NCBI GenBank assembly: GCA_964016885.1 | Contig: OZ024740.1 | Span: 370,326,001 to 370,390,000, forward strand | Direction of reading: 5' to 3' | Length of the DNA: 64,000 bases | DNA from: Eledone cirrhosa | Taxonomy: Eukaryota | Shown here: positions 38,598 to 52,619 of the stretch, one piece after another | How positions within the stretch are numbered: position 1 is the stretch's first letter | Layout: each line of letters begins with the position of its first letter | The notes under the pieces: model-generated | Databases searched by the model: none | Told to the model about the DNA's origin: nothing | What the model saw: only the letters and a program-made list of their open reading frames with translations | Translations under genes and position numbers: made by a program

Positions 38598-41500
38598 AGG
38601 GAGAGGGGGAGAAAGAAAGAGACCGACAGACATACAGGCAAATAGACAGATGGATGCATACGTGTATATAATATATAAAATATTATTTAATATATGTGTG
38701 TATAATATAGTTAAATAAATAAATAGATAGATAGATAGAGAGAAGGAGAGAGTGGGAAATGGAGGGAGAGAGAGAAAGAGAGAGAGAGAGCGAGAGAGAG
38801 AGGGAGACTCATGTTGATATTGATATTAGTATAGATATCCTTAGAATCAATTAGATTCAAAGAAATCTCCTGAAAGACTGGATAATGTGTCATTATTATT
38901 CTGTCACTGCCGTTGTGTGTCTATTGTGTTTCTCTAAAACGTTAAGGTACTATTTATCTGACAGTTATGCAGGGATATGTAAAAAGGACAATACAAAATA
39001 TATATATAAATATATATATATACATAAAAGTGGGAGAACACAAAGAGAGAAAGAGTAAGGAAGAAAATGTGAGAGACCCTAGGACAATACCCGATTTGGT
39101 GAAGACCATGAAACTAATTGAAACTTGACAATCCGTTAGTGAGTCAAAACTGACTTCCCACATGGAATTCAATAAACAAATGGAAAATGGAAAACATGGA
39201 GAAAATGAAGCTTATATGTTGTTGTTTTTTTTCTTTTCTTTTAACGATTTGCTTGTGTCAATTATAATTCCAATGTATAGAAATACTATTTTCTTACATA
39301 AGGTGGCATTTTCCAATGCTCCTAACACTTTCTTTATATTGTGGTACCGTTATGATGGCCGAGAGCCCTATACGAATATCTTAATAAGTGTCATTTACCG
39401 TTGAAAATATATTACAACATTTTATATCATTTTATATCTTACTATAAAGATAAGGGAAAGTGGTATATTATTATAGCTGAGTTTCTAATTTCAGTTGTGA
39501 ACGTTGCCAACCTCATTTAAAATAGATGATCAATTTATTGTAGTGTTAGATGTAGATGCGGAAAAATATATATCCAAGTGAATACATAATTATTTTATCA
39601 CAGTTTAACATTTCGATACAGACAGTTTCTCGTTCTATATCTAGTTAAATCAAGGTGGAAAATAGCTTGTTAACGATAGAATTTAAACATGTTCCTATGT
39701 AGAAATCCTTTATAACGTAATAAAAATAATAAGTTATACGATGTGTGTAGCCTGCTGACGTCATTCCCCCAATGCAGGTTATTGGAGAAGATTGTTTAAT
39801 GTTTCGGTGAGATGGCTTGGATGCAGTTTTTAAAGAGTCTGTTTAAATTAAATTCATGACTAATGAGATACAGCTTTGTGAGTAAGGTTGAATGTGGGAT
39901 TATGATTTGCGTTTACTTGGATTCATAAATAACAGAGTTTTGGCCTGGATTTATTTACGTTCTAGTTTATTCATGTACGGTCCTAGTTATATATATGGAT
40001 GAGGGTCCAGTCAATAACTAGGAGCTTGAAAAAACAATGAAGCGCCACTTGTATGTCAGATTGCACACGAACGATCATCTCGTCAACACATATTTTCAAT
40101 ATCTTAACTTATGTTAAGATATGTTGAGCCGTTTTACTTGATAAACGTATTTTAATTCTCAATGGCTTACATTATCTAGATTTAAATAGTCATCATTTCG
40201 GTTTGAAGGTCCAAGGTGGCATACCGACGATGTGTACTTAGAAATTGTTTTGTTAGCCGAGAAACCATGTGGTCTAGAAGAAAGCTGATGAGGTCAAATG
40301 ATGCTGAAGTTCTATTGTTCTTGTTAGTTTACTATCTTCATCCTTTCTCCATTATTTTTTATTTATTTTTCGCAATCCGCCAAACGTTCCGCTCTATCGA
40401 TCTCATTTCCATTTTTCTCTTCTCCTCTTCTCTTTTCTCTCTATATCCCTTCCATTTCTCATCTCATGCTTTAGACTCTCTTTCTTCCTTTCTTTCCCTC
40501 TCTCCATTCCTCCGCTCAATATGTGGTTATATCTTAACCCGATTTTTACTATTCATATAGTAATCAGCTGTTTACAGCTACCTATCGTTCTGAGAATCCT
40601 ATAATTTTATAATTCTTTTTATTTTACCAAGCATGCGTACATGTTATGTAGAAATTTAATCTTTCAGTAATGGCAATATCCATGGAATTGTACCCGAGAA
40701 CAGTGAAAATGCGGTTTGTCAAAATAGAACCATATGTATTTTATAAGCTATAATATATTCCAGATAATTATTTCATTGATATCAAAATAACAACAATATG
40801 GCACACTTTAATTTCAATAGGGAGCAACATAAAAAGTCATCTTCAATGAAGGTCATCTTGGATGAAAATCATCTAAAGTATGTTGTAATCTACATGAAAC
40901 TGTTAGCTCTTTGAGACCTTACCGTTCTTCCACACATCGAAAACATAGAAATCAAATTAGGAGTGGGAAGAGACAATTTTATATATGACTATAAACAAAT
41001 AAAATGAAGCAAATAATGTTCATCCTACTATTAGGCTGCCCATTGGCAGGAGAAGTGTATAGCAAATTAATCCGTCAGTAATATAATGCTGGAACTGATT
41101 TTATCAGCCCTGCACGCCATGAGACAGGAAAGGGATTCTACAAAACACTATATTGTTTTCAATCTGACACTGTTGTTTCTGCCAATTCACCACTCTCACT
41201 TCAACATACTATATATATTTGTTTGACGAATCCCAATTAATTATATAAAAAATAAAACAGAAGATTTCAAGGAAGTACCATGTAATAGCACACTCTCATG
41301 TTTTACATTTTTTTAAATATAATTTCTCTCTTAGTGAAAAAATATTATTTTGCAGATGGGACTTATAACCAAATGAAATAACAAGCACTGTTGTTCATAT
41401 TTTTTCTAAAGGCATCGTAAATGGAATAGAATTAGTCTATCAAAGAAACAACTATGTTCTGTCACGAAATTGTGTTTCAGACCTGTGTTCTTACTTCACT

Positions 41501-41887
41501 GTTATATCTTGAAGCAATTTTCAGTAAAGAAACATGTAAAGTTGTTATGGTTTTACCTTTTATAAAAGAAATTAGGAATCAAAATGAAAATAAATGAAAT
41601 GTTTTAGATTGGTAATAGAATTCGGGTTATATTCTAACTATCAAAAATGCAAGATTTTTCTATTCCGTTTGCCTTTTCACGTAAAAATAAAATACTAATG
41701 TATTTCGTATAATTGTGTTATGTGAAAAAATATCACTTGAATCATTGAAAAGAAAAACACGAAAACTAACTTCGAAACCTTCATGAAATGTTTAATTAAA
41801 ACTTTATCAAGAACAATAGTGAAATGTTTAGCAGTTCGTATACATTAGATACACTTACGCACATACATATATGTATATCTATTAGTG

Positions 41888-41939
<52 letters not shown>

Positions 41940-42500
41940 TCGCTATGACTGTTTTAAACTGTGATCAAGTCCTAACTATCATAATAGGCTTCTGCGAACG
42001 CAAAACAATTATGTTTCATGAATTTTTCCATCCCCAGTGACGTTTACTCATTCGATACTGAGATTAGAGTAAGCTATATTTTATTTCCACCTTTTTCATA
42101 TCAAACATCTGCAGTAAATGTTCACTGTTAGATTTCGCTGGGATTAATAACACTAACATATTGTAATTCATAGTAGAGGTTTATATAACAGCATATACGA
42201 TAGGTTTAGTATAATGACCGTTTTAATGTGTGATCTATCACAGCCATCTCAACACAAATGCAGTTTTCCAACAGATATCTTATACGCAAATACTATATAA
42301 GCTATAGCTTATTCTAATCTCAGTCCGAGTGAGTAGATGTCAGTAATGATGGATAAATATTTCACACGGCTACTGGTATAGATAGCTGTTACATAATCAA
42401 AGCTGAAAACTGCCATAGCTTGACATGTGTGTTATTCTACATAGACATATCGCATATGCATTCATATACAGCTCCAATACATGAAATCTTTTAGATTGCA

Positions 42501-42623
<123 letters not shown>

Positions 42624-42666
42624 CTGTGTGTGTGTGTATGCATATATATATATATATATATATATA

Positions 42667-42856
42667 TAATTGTTTCTACTTTAGGCACAAGGCCAGCAAT
42701 TACCCAGTGCATTACTGGTACTTTTATTTTATCGACCCCGTAAGGATGAAAGGTAAAGTCAACCTCGGCGGGATTTGAACTCAGATCGTAAAGGGACGTA
42801 ACTATGCTGGAAAGCATGGCGTCCGACCCTCTACCGATACTGCCAATCCACCGCCC
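42667..42856 (-). mobile_element. Full-length Meta-domain-type SINE in (TA)n
   Basis: Reverse complement of the 8632 unit. Confidence 0.9.
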
Positions 42857-43967
42857 TTTTATATATATATATATATAATGCAAGACAAAAACCTATGTAA
42901 CTGGTCAAGTACTCTTAATATTTCGACAACCATTCAATTTCTTGTGTATAAATCTCTATCTCTATCTCTTTTTTATGTCTTCCAGTATAATATTTATATA
43001 AAAGCAACATCTTGCATTATTTATTGTCGAGGTGAATGAGTCATACTAACAACAGTTGTCTGGATGACATACTAAAATAGTTTCACTCACAATAAAATGT
43101 AAAAAGATTATTGATAACCGTTTATGGGAAAGCTAGACGCTCTATAAATATATCTATATAGCAAAGTGATATGTTAAGGATGTGGATCATGTCAGATATC
43201 TACGTTAACATTCTGGCTATTGTAACACTTATTGGTTCCATTTAGAAATTCTGACAACCGTCACCACCAACACCAGCAAAGCCACCACACTCTCCATTGA
43301 TACCAATACTAAATTTGAATGACGTTTAAAGGTCGATAGAGAAGATACTTATTTGATATTTGCATGATTTTTCCCAATAAAGTTATATAAAATGGTATAT
43401 AAAAAGTAGTAGCAACATTTTCGACAATAACAAGACGCAATATATTCTTCCGTCATGTAATTTAAAACTATAAATTAAGGTATAATTGTTGTTTAAGTAG
43501 AAGATTTAAAGTATCAACTTCCCACCATAAACATTTAAGCTGCTAAAGATTTTACTACCTTTGTGGCACATGGTGGAGCATGGAGCGGATAGTTTACACG
43601 GGAAGCACGAGGTTGCGAATTAGAAATTTGATATTGCTTATAGAAGAGACCATGAATCAATGCTAACAAGTTTACATAGAAACAAATTTGGTTCGTTGCC
43701 AGAAAGGGTGATTAACACTGCTAATAAAAACAATATCGACAATTCACAAATAGATGGTTTATAGTAGGCAAAATATAAGCGAGACGTAAGGCCGGAGCTC
43801 AATTCCTGCAAGATTCTGCACAAATTCTTCTCGAAATTTCTCTGGTAGTATCAATGCATCTTGATATGGCTGGATAACGATACTCTAGGAATCGACTGTA
43901 AACACTGAGGTTTCTGAGCGACAGCTGTTGTAAATACTATTTTGCAGTGTTCGTTGTACGTATTATT

Positions 43968-43998
<31 letters not shown>

Positions 43999-44018
43999 TG
44001 CAGAGAGAAAGTCCGTAG

Positions 44019-44121
<103 letters not shown>

Positions 44122-45072
44122 CGAGAGAGTCCGTAGAAAGGGAAAAGGAAAAAAGTAGTACACATAATGGATAGAAGCTAATATTTTATTAATCATACAT
44201 CCGAAACATATTTCACTTTATCTTAGGTATTAAGGCTAAGCGCAGAATGCATTGCAGTTTTAAATGTTTTAAATAGTTTCTGGAAAAAATGATACTGCAA
44301 TGAGATGTGATATGGCATACGTATGTGTATTCAGTCACCAGAGGTAGAAGTACTTCACTTACATTTATTCTGCACGTTAACACTCTGTGCAGCATGACAT
44401 CTGTTTATGTTCTTCTTCCTTTTTCTCCTCCACAGATTACGCTACACTAACACTTGAATCGAGTTACTCACGAATGATCGAACATAAACACAAACCACAC
44501 ATATTTGTGTCATGTCACATCACATGACACTCGAAAAATATTTCTGCAACATAAGCATTATTAATAAGTTTATGAGGAAACAAAATCAGGTGGATACATA
44601 GTACACTAAACTACAGCTATGTGGTCGTGTACCTGTATATATATATATATGTGTGTGTATGGGTGTGTGGGTGTGTGTGAGCGTTTGCATGTGCCTGTGT
44701 ACAACGAGTTTAGTGTCACATCTGATTTACAATCATACATGCATACATACAGACAGACAGACTGACAGATAACGTATATGCCTATATTAGTATCTGTGGG
44801 TATTCCATACATATATCCTATATATATATATATATATATACATAAACAAACAATCTATAATCTTCTAGTCTATTTAAACCTCAGAAGTAGGCGGATATGT
44901 AGTCTTCATAAACAGTAAAGAGCGAGAAACAATACGTCTGCGATTACTTCCCCTTGCTTTTGCTGAGGTTAGGTATGTGACGTTGGTTACAACCTTAAAA
45001 ATTCTTTGCAAAAGCTCACAAAAGATTTTCGTAAATATCCCCTATATTATTCAATTCAATATATAATACGTG

Positions 45073-45106
<34 letters not shown>

Positions 45107-45414
45107 TGTCTCTCTGTGTGTGTGTGTGTGTATCTGTGTGTTAATAAATTGAAACACAAAATATTAAGATATGTATGAAAATGAGGTTCATAGAAGCAGA
45201 CAACTGGAGTGAAATATACCAGTTTTTCAAAAGTCTTTAATGTTTATACATCACCATAATACGTCCGTGTATTTCTCTGTGCAGTGGCATTTGGCTGATT
45301 TTGAAATTCAGCAAAATCAGTTTCTTTGCAATTTAAAATGTAAAAATTTGTAATTGTTATAAAACGATATATGAGTATTTTCTTGGATGTAAGACTGTCT
45401 AATGTATGGAGATA

Positions 45415-45487
45415 TGTGTATGTATGTTCTTCTGGTTTTATAATTTCACAAATGTTTGCCAATGGGAGAGAGAGTCGGTTTCTAACA
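45415..45487 (-). mobile_element. ~60-bp extreme 3' end of R4/Dong lineage A, flanked by CATA repeats
   Basis: Minus strand aacatacatacat-gttagaaaccgactctctc...aaaaccagaag-aacatacataca matches 34246-34310. Confidence 0.75.
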
Positions 45488-45518
45488 TGTATGTATGTTT
45501 ACAAACGAATCGAACATT

Positions 45519-45621
45519 AAATCCCGCCGAGGTTGACTTTGCCTTACGGGGTCGATAAAATAAAGTACCAGTAATGCAGTGGGTAATTGCTGGCCTTGTG
45601 CCTAAAGTAGAAACAATTATT
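45519..45621 (+). mobile_element. Partial Meta-domain-type SINE
   Basis: aaatcccgccgaggttgactttgccttacggggtcgataaaataaagtacc. Confidence 0.85.
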
Positions 45622-45774
45622 GTTAATGTTCGATATAACCCATACGTATATGTATATATGTGTATGTATGTATATATATATATATATGTGTGTGTGTGTT
45701 TGTGTGTGTGTGTGTACGTGTGGATACTTACATTTATGTATCAGTTGTGCTAGGGCGAGAAAGAAAATGCTAAT

Positions 45775-45814
<40 letters not shown>

Positions 45815-45817
45815 TAT

Positions 45818-45967
45818 ATATGAATAAAGTTAGTCCTTCATCAGTGATCTTCCAACCATCATTGGTATTTCATAAAGCGATGAAATACCAATGATGGTTG
45901 GAAGATCATTGATGAAGGACTAACTTTATTCATATGTAACCCATTTGCAACCACGCAGCACGTTTGT

Positions 45968-45972
<5 letters not shown>
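45818..45972. repeat. Foldback: 56-bp-arm palindrome (45818-45935) plus short tail in (TA)n
   Basis: Arms pair with one mismatch around the loop aaagcg (45874-45879). Confidence 0.9.
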
Positions 45973-46010
<38 letters not shown>

Positions 46011-46201
46011 ATAATTGTTTCTACTTTTGGCACAAGGTCAGCAATTATCCCAGTGTATTACTGGTACTTTATTTTATCGACCCCGTAAGGATGAAAGGCA
46101 AAGTTAACCTCGGCGGGATTTGAACTCAGAATGTCAAGGGCCGTAACTCTTTGCTGCAAAGCATGACGTCAGACCCTCTACCGAACTGCCATCCACCGCC
46201 C
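46011..46201 (-). mobile_element. Full-length Meta-domain-type SINE
   Basis: Same family as 42667. Confidence 0.9.
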
Positions 46202-46379
46202 TTTATATATATAATAATAATAATATTTATAGTTATGTATATGGTATAAACAACTATAAACAGGAAGGTCAGTAATTTCTTAATTACCTTATTACCAGTA
46301 AAACAAATAGCTCAATGTATGAACATCAGTTGTTTTACAGAGCAGTTAAATAAATAAATAAATTTATTTATTTATTTAT

Positions 46380-46547
<168 letters not shown>

Positions 46548-46827
46548 AGACTTAAGTGGATATATGCGTTTTTATAATCGAATTCTTTCTATATATATAT
46601 GTGTGTGTCTGTGTGTGTCTTTGCGAACGTTATACGGAAGACATCAAAGCAAACAATACAGAACAATGAAGATATGGATTAGTTTAACGCTTGATATAGT
46701 AGAAAGAGTCATACCATTTATGATGTCGGATACTAGGCCTCCTTCAGAAGATAGAATGAGAAATATAAAGATAAAGAAGAAACGGGCAAATAATATTGAA
46801 TAAAATGCATTTGTGCATTCAGTCAGC

Positions 46828-46888
<61 letters not shown>

Positions 46889-46897
46889 GCACACGTG

Positions 46898-46948
<51 letters not shown>

Positions 46949-47570
46949 GGGGGGAGAAAGAGTTAATATGAATAATGCCATTGATCAATGATTATAATTA
47001 CAAAGTTCTTATGTTTTAATGTGTTGTAGAGCATGTAATATTCTTGGAGAAATGTATTTTCTGAAATATTCCAAATTGCTTTTTTAAACATGAAATATTC
47101 ATTTACATACGTTTTTGTTTTATTGAAATTTCTAAGCTCAAGACATGAAAGAATTTGGCGTCCACTTTAATATTAACGTTCGCTGCAGTAAGAGTCTCTG
47201 TAAATTCATAGTGTAATGTTCTTATGTTATTACATCACTGGGTTATTTCACAAAAGAAAAACTACATATTTCTTAAGACGTTGTATGTTACACAATAATG
47301 GTTAAACAAACCTTGTTGATGAAGTCTGATAAATGTAAAGTCTAGAATAACTTTCATCACAGGTTTGCTTACATTAACCTGCAAGCAGGTATATAAGATA
47401 GAGATATGTGACAAAGCAAACGTCTACTGTCAAATAATTGTCATAAAAATCAATGGGTGGGGTTGTCTTAATAGATTGAAAAAAACTGAGCGCCAACATA
47501 ATGTAGTAAGCGACGAAATTTTAATTAGTTAAGATTAATTAATTATTTATGTATATATAATTAAACTTAC

Positions 47571-47655
47571 CTTGGACATTTCCCTGCCAGTTACTGGCAT
47601 GTTTGGTCCTTATTAGACTCGGGTCTAATTCAATGTAATTGAATTCTGACCCCAT
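47571..47655 (-). CDS. Candidate first coding exon of an unidentified host gene (MGSEFNYIELDPSLIRTKHASNWQGNVQ, phase 1)
   Basis: aagtATGG start context, 28 open codons, consensus donor AAG|GTAAGT, upstream pyrimidine tract and AG. No homology recognised. Confidence 0.3.
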
Positions 47656-48804
47656 ACTTGTGGAGAGAACGTCTTAATTGCAGCCATAGATTTTTCTAGA
47701 TACATTGTCTGAGATATAGTAATCTTTTTAAAAAGAATACAAAAACAGAAAGAATTGATATAAATACCTGACTCTAAATCCATATCCGGGGCCTACTAAA
47801 CACATACTTATTTAACTAAAGATGTAGAAAATACCATGGACATTTGAAAGCAGAAGTTATATGTAGTCGTTGAACTTTTACAAGCGTATTTTTTCAATAT
47901 TCTTCGCATACATGTATAATACATTTCATTTGAAAAGAATAATTTTATTTATATGAAGAATATTGATGACTAAGCCTAAAGTATAACCTCAGTTTAGTAA
48001 CCATGAACTCAATTCCAAACATTTAAACTACGTTAAGTATTAAGAAATGTGTTACATATACGAGGTCACGCAGCCACATTCCCACACACACACATGTATG
48101 TGTGAGTGTGTGAGCAGATATCGAGATACGCATAGACACCTTCATATAATATGTAAAGAATAGGTGTATATAATTTCTCCTTCGCTCACCTCCACACATT
48201 TTTTCTTTTCTTTCCTGCTTTTCTTTGTTACTTAAATACTCTTTTGTTAGAATTTATTTAAAATGCCAGTGCATTTACATGGTAACATACAAAATACTTC
48301 TACTATTACACAGACATGATGACACGCAATATGAGATATATGCATACTTCGATTATTGTCTCGATATATATTTGAAACTCTATTTATCTCAGACCAAACA
48401 GACATTGGTTCGTAGGAGATTGTCGAGTGGAAAGGTTCAGATTACTACACCATGTTAAAATCGAACAAAATTGATAAAAACATTAAGAAGCATTTCTCTT
48501 ACAGAAAAATGTTCTCACTTATTTAAATGCATGTATTTGTGAAGCGCTTAGTTGCGCAGTCTTTTAACTTCAACCGTTTTAAGTACGACAAATGGTATGC
48601 TAATGGCTTTTTTGTGATAAACTATGACATTTTGAACTAAGATACATGTACTTATTGTGAAATGAAAGAATATTAGACAAAGGAAGTAAACTTACAAGTA
48701 AAAATCGAACAATATTTAGTATATCTTAAGCAAAACATTTAATACATTCTTCCATACACATGTTTTTCTATAAAGTAAGAATATATATATATATTATATA
48801 TACT

Positions 48805-48854
<50 letters not shown>

Positions 48855-48932
48855 AATCTTTCTCTCTCTGTATATATATATATATATATATATGTGCGTG
48901 TGTGTGTGTGTGAATCTCTATATATATATATA

Positions 48933-49122
48933 TAATTGTTTCTACTTGAGGCACAAGGCCAGTGATTACCCAGTACATTACTGGTACTTTATTTTATCGA
49001 CCCCGTAAGGATGAAAGGCAAGGTTAACCTCGGCGGGATTTGAACTCAGATCATAAAGGGCCGCAACTATTTGCTGCAAAGCATGGCGTCCGACCCTCTA
49101 CCGATACTGCCACTCCATCGCC
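48933..49122 (-). mobile_element. Full-length Meta-domain-type SINE
   Basis: Same family as 42667. Confidence 0.9.
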
Positions 49123-49250
49123 ATATATATATATATAATAAACGAAGAAGTATATATATATATGTACACGAGAATAGATATATACATACAGAGCGTTCAA
49201 CTGATACTAAGTAAGAGTTAATAAAATCAACAGATTCAGAGTCTAATAAA

Positions 49251-49743
49251 ATCATATCTGAGAGAAGCAAACAAGAGAAGAAAAAAATGTTTACCTACTC
49301 ACTTTAATGCCCCTACTGCAGTTTCATTGAGAAAACAATACTCCGAGAAGAGTATCGTGAGAAATTGGACGCTCTGTATGTAGTATGCATCTATAGTTGT
49401 ATCTATACTTCGTTTAATATATAATACATTCCATTATGGTAGAGTCAAGATTTGGCCGAATTGAACTACTTTTTCTAGTAGCTCGTAGCCTGCCAATGTC
49501 CACATTTACTACCCTCCTGTTGGTCACTTGCCACGTGATAGTTCTTCCATTCGAAATTTTCACTGACGGCTGGGAATTCTTGTCTTGAATTTTCTTTCTG
49601 GACCGATAAAGTCTCCTAATGATTTGAGATTTCTCGAGATACGCTACTCGGAGTATCGTTATTTTCTCAAAGAAATTTCAGTATGGACATTAAAGTAAGT
49701 AAGTAAAGATGTTTTCTTATCTTGTTTGCTTTTCCCTTATATG

Positions 49744-49746
<3 letters not shown>
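49251..49746 (+). mobile_element. Old Penelope-type pseudo-LTR with ~115-bp inverted 5' arm and decayed hammerhead (49611-49688)
   Basis: gtctc-CTAATGA-tttgaga...tctcaaa-GAAA-tttcag-TA-tggac. The left arm on the minus strand keeps GAAA-ctgcag-TA-ggggc. Confidence 0.65.
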
Positions 49747-49786
<40 letters not shown>

Positions 49787-49787
<1 letters not shown>

Positions 49788-49942
49788 CAGCAATTACCTA
49801 GTGCATTACTGGTACTTTATTTTATCGACCCCGTAAGGATGAAAGGCAAAGTCAACCTCGGCGAGATTTGAACTCAGATTATAAAGGGACGTAACTATGC
49901 TGGAAAGCATGGCATCCGACCCTCTACCGATACTGCCAATCC
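49787..49942 (-). mobile_element. Meta-domain-type SINE (truncated)
   Basis: Same family. An internally deleted duplicate lies at 50939-51030. Confidence 0.88.
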
Positions 49943-49986
49943 AGGAAAAGAATGACTTTCAAATATACCAAGGATGTCACACATTT

Positions 49987-50025
<39 letters not shown>

Positions 50026-50029
50026 TATA

Positions 50030-50240
50030 TATAATTACGACAATGACAGAAACAGGTACTCAAGTTTCGTTGGATTCTGGGGCCTAATTTATTCAACCTG
50101 CCATGACAGGCTGAATGAACTGATGTCCAGAACCCAACGAAATTTGTGTACCTGGTTTTTGTCACTGTTGTAGTCATATATACTAAACTTGTCCTATGGA
50201 CTGAGTGCTCTTACTCTTGTATATTTCCACTTTTACTTCA

Positions 50241-50243
<3 letters not shown>
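50030..50243 (+). repeat. Decayed ~70-bp-arm foldback plus tail in (TA)n, with possible hammerhead remnant (50107-50154)
   Basis: Arms around loop ccatga, mismatches mostly transitions. cagg-CTGAATGA...caac-GAAA-tttgtg-TA-cctg. Confidence 0.6.
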
Positions 50244-50270
<27 letters not shown>

Positions 50271-50275
<5 letters not shown>

Positions 50276-50463
50276 AACCAGTAAGACCCCGACAGCTGAG
50301 CTCAAGCCGTTTCGACGGCTAATTCTAGTCCAGAATTAGCCGTCGAAACGGCTTGAGCTCAGCTGTCGGGGTCTTACTGGTTCCTATTACCCACTCTACT
50401 ACCTCAAGTATTGAGTACTTTGGTGCGTTATGGTCCACCTGGTTCCTTACCACATTTCCTTCG

Positions 50464-50466
<3 letters not shown>
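50271..50466 (+). mobile_element. Second foldback element of the 15721 family (56-bp perfect arms, loop agtcc)
   Basis: Arms 50271-50326 and 50332-50387. GAAA-cggct tgagctc agctg-TC-gggg. Confidence 0.85.
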
Positions 50467-50523
<57 letters not shown>

Positions 50524-50883
50524 GTGTAGTGGGTATGACTGTATGTGTCGTAGTTTCATATCAAAATTTGTTTCATTGTTTCTTTGTTTCTGTGTACAAC
50601 ATGGCAAGGCAATATTTAAACAAATGTTTCATATTTTTTTTAATACATGAGAGTGTTGGTAGTTTCTACAATAAATAAATGGAAGGAGCAAATATGTACT
50701 TGGATGCAGTTTGCTTGAAGCAGATATAACAGTTTAAGTTGTTCAGCCAAACACATAGCTAAACTATTTATTTAGTATTGAAATGTGTATATATATATAT
50801 ATGTGTGTGTGTGTGTATATTTGAAAAAAAGGAAAGGAATGACTTTCAAATATACCTAAGAGTACCAAGGATCTCACACATTC

Positions 50884-50921
<38 letters not shown>

Positions 50922-51080
50922 TTGAAAAAAAGGAAAAGAATTGTTTCTACTTTAGGCACAAGGCCAGCAACTATGGAGGTAACTATGCTGGAAAGCATGG
51001 CGTCCGACCCTCTGCCGATACTGCCAATCCAGGAAAAGAATGACTTTCAAATATACCTAACAGTACCAAGGATCTCACAC

Positions 51081-51148
<68 letters not shown>

Positions 51149-51156
51149 CATATATA

Positions 51157-51871
<715 letters not shown>

Positions 51872-52055
51872 GGCGGTGGATTGGCAGTATTCGTAGAGAG
51901 TCGGACGCTATGCTTTCACGCATAGGGTTACGTCCCATTATGGACTGATTTCAAATCCCGCCGAGGTTAACTTTGCCTTTCATCCTTACGGGGTCGATAA
52001 AATAGAGTACCAGTAATCTACTAGGTAATTACTGACCTTGTGCCAAAAGTAGAAA

Positions 52056-52061
<6 letters not shown>
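51872..52061 (+). mobile_element. Full-length Meta-domain-type SINE in (TA)n
   Basis: Same family as 8632. Confidence 0.9.
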
Positions 52062-52097
<36 letters not shown>

Positions 52098-52255
52098 GTA
52101 TGTGTGTGTGGGTGTATGTGTGTGCATATATATATAATGATATACATAACTGTACATATTGGAGTGTTGTATACTAAGGCAATAGAGATGGACACTTTTA
52201 GTAAAAAATACTTCCATTAATGATAGGCTGGTTTGCGAACATATCTTTATTCTGT

Positions 52256-52441
52256 TTATTTCTTCTCCAGATCAGTCCTGCTGTTATCTTTTGTATCATC
52301 TTTGTAAATGTCCAGATTTTCGATATTTTTGTTGTTTTCTGCAGTATACATAGTATCTCTAGTTGGTAGATCAGCTAATTGATGCACGTTTGTCCACTTT
52401 GTTTTTATATACTCAATCTCTATTTGACTGCACTGGGACAC
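52256..52441 (-). mobile_element. Possible LTR-retroelement RNase H C-terminal remnant
   Basis: IEIEYIKTKWTNVHQLADLPTR resembles the I.YI.....N..AD.L(S/T)R RNase H end. Confidence 0.3.
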
Positions 52442-52619
52442 TTGAATTAAATACCATTTATATATTTCAGGATGATACTTTCACTGATTTGTTAGAACTA
52501 TTTTTTATGGTGTTAGCTAATTGTAAGCCTTTAACTGCCCATCTATACGTAAATAGTGTGATCGGGAATCACCTTGCACTTCTATAGAATTTCAATTATT
52601 GTGTCAAATCAGGAGACAA

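Noticed and set aside
39995-40030. Mariner-like terminus (gatgagggtccagtcaataa)
   Set aside because: No matching inverted end or transposase found.
40255-40300. Type II hammerhead (GAAA-ccatgtgg-TC...CTGATGA)
   Set aside because: Stem I cannot pair and the stem II register is off, so it is likely chance.
44436-44530. Strong plus-strand splice acceptor followed by ~30 codons
   Set aside because: No partner exon or homology to support it.
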